From Malacoraja senta (taxonomy: Eukaryota): a stretch of DNA of 64,000 nucleotides. The notes beneath the pieces were generated by a model. The model did not search any database. It was not told the DNA's origin and saw only the letters and a list, made by a program, of their open reading frames with translations. A program made the position numbers and the translations under genes. Below are positions 62,922 to 64,000 of this stretch, in pieces (position 1 is the stretch's first letter; every line of letters starts with the position of its first letter). Location: NCBI GenBank assembly GCA_038087875.1, contig CM075978.1, positions 152,830,001 to 152,894,000 of the forward strand, written 5' to 3'.

Positions 62922-63711
62922 AGGGCCTGTTCCATTTAGGCAACCTTTTAGGCGCGTGCAGGAGACTGCGCTCACCACATGATCTCCACATGGTCGCCAC
63001 ATGTTCGCTGGTGGTCTCTGGTGAATCTCCTTCATGGTCGCGAGGAGTTCTCGCATTCCCGCAAGTTGAAACATTTTCTGCAAACAGAAATTGGTCGCCA
63101 TGGAGAAAATCGATAATCCTGTAGTCGTAGGTGCAGTTGTAGTGGGGTCGCCATGTAGTTATGGGTAGTCGTAGGTAGTTGTAGTTAATCGCTCTTGCTG
63201 ACCGGGCATTTTCATTGGCTCACTGGGTAAAAATAACCGTAAGCACGAGTTTTCAGAACCAAGGAAAAACGACCGGTAATGTTAAATGTCCGCCGAACTT
63301 CACAGCCGTGTATCTCTGGCTTATTAAAAGATGTCTGGCTTATTAAAAGAGTCTCCACTCCTTCTCCCCCCCTCCTCCTTCCCCTCCTCCTTCCCCCCTT
63401 CTTCTCCCCCCCTTCTTCTCCCCCCCTTCTTCTCCCCCCCTTCTTCTCCCCCCCTTCTTCTCCCCCCCTTCTTCTCCCCCCCCTCCCTGCTATTTTAAAG
63501 GACATACCGTACGTACACTGTGCTAGCCGTCTTAACCTTCCTATTCATCACGGTGTGTGTCTGTATCACCTTGGCTTTGCACCGTGTGAATTTCAGACAG
63601 TGCTCCCCCCGCTTTCCCTGGCCCCCGCCTTTGCTGTGTGTGTGTGTGTTTGTTCCACTCTTGACACTCGCCGGCAGTCCGCTGAAAAATCGCCTAAGTG
63701 GGACAGGCCCT
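62922..63711. mobile_element. PIF/Harbinger-type non-autonomous element (second family) with an expanded internal C/T repeat
   Basis: TIRs agggcctgttccatttaggc and gcctaagtgggacaggccct. TCA TSD on both sides. Colinear with 59794-60511. A left-end fragment of the family is at about 26610-26672. Confidence 0.85.
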
Positions 63712-64000
63712 TCAGGATTGTGAATCGTTGCAGCTCAACGGGCACTGGGGCCAGAGTCTTTGAACATTTTGAAGGCGATGAAGAGATTTTTGATGTGAGG
63801 ATATGAACATTGCCCGGGGTAGCTGCAGCTCTGGAGCTGAGTTTACAAACTGGTCCCTCGTGGACTATTGAGTGGTCGAGTGGATTTGAAGAGCCAAATA
63901 GCTTTGCTTTGTTGCAAATTCATTTGTTCTTGAATTGAGGTAGATGGATTTGGATCAAAATGCACACTGAGTGTATGAATACTGTATGAATGCATGCAGC

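Noticed and set aside
50635-64000. SPIRE2 exon 3 (expected SLGxxIYxALDWGL motif)
   Set aside because: Motif not found by eye or in the ORF track, so the exon probably lies beyond the right edge.

Overview
Vertebrate genomic DNA rich in repeats. The repeat content (HE1/V-SINE-like SINEs, CR1/HER1-like LINEs) points to a cartilaginous fish, probably a skate or ray (inference). Two protein-coding genes sit head-to-head, about 11 kb apart. FANCA is on the minus strand: seven coding exons were reconstructed by hand (19829 down to 3157), with a CpG-rich promoter near 20.3 kb, and the gene continues off the left edge. SPIRE2 is on the plus strand: the KIND-domain exon 1 is at 31461-31746, a 44-bp exon 2 is at 50591-50634, and the gene continues off the right edge. 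The rest is mostly transposon debris: two L1 copies with target-site duplications (TSDs), Rex/Babar and CR1 LINE fragments, tRNA-derived V-SINEs, PIF/Harbinger MITEs, a back-to-back pair of non-autonomous Helitrons, a Gypsy remnant, minisatellites and one assembly gap. The most striking signal is about 20 short elements derived from Penelope-like element (PLE) ends that carry a minimal hammerhead-ribozyme core (CTGAAGA-A-GGGTC-TC-GACCC-GAAAC-GTC). They include discrete ~183-bp fold-back copies with their own TSDs, and a GIY-YIG PLE fragment ending in the same motif lies in the window. No ribozyme activity can be shown from sequence alone. Repeat boundaries are approximate unless a TSD is quoted.
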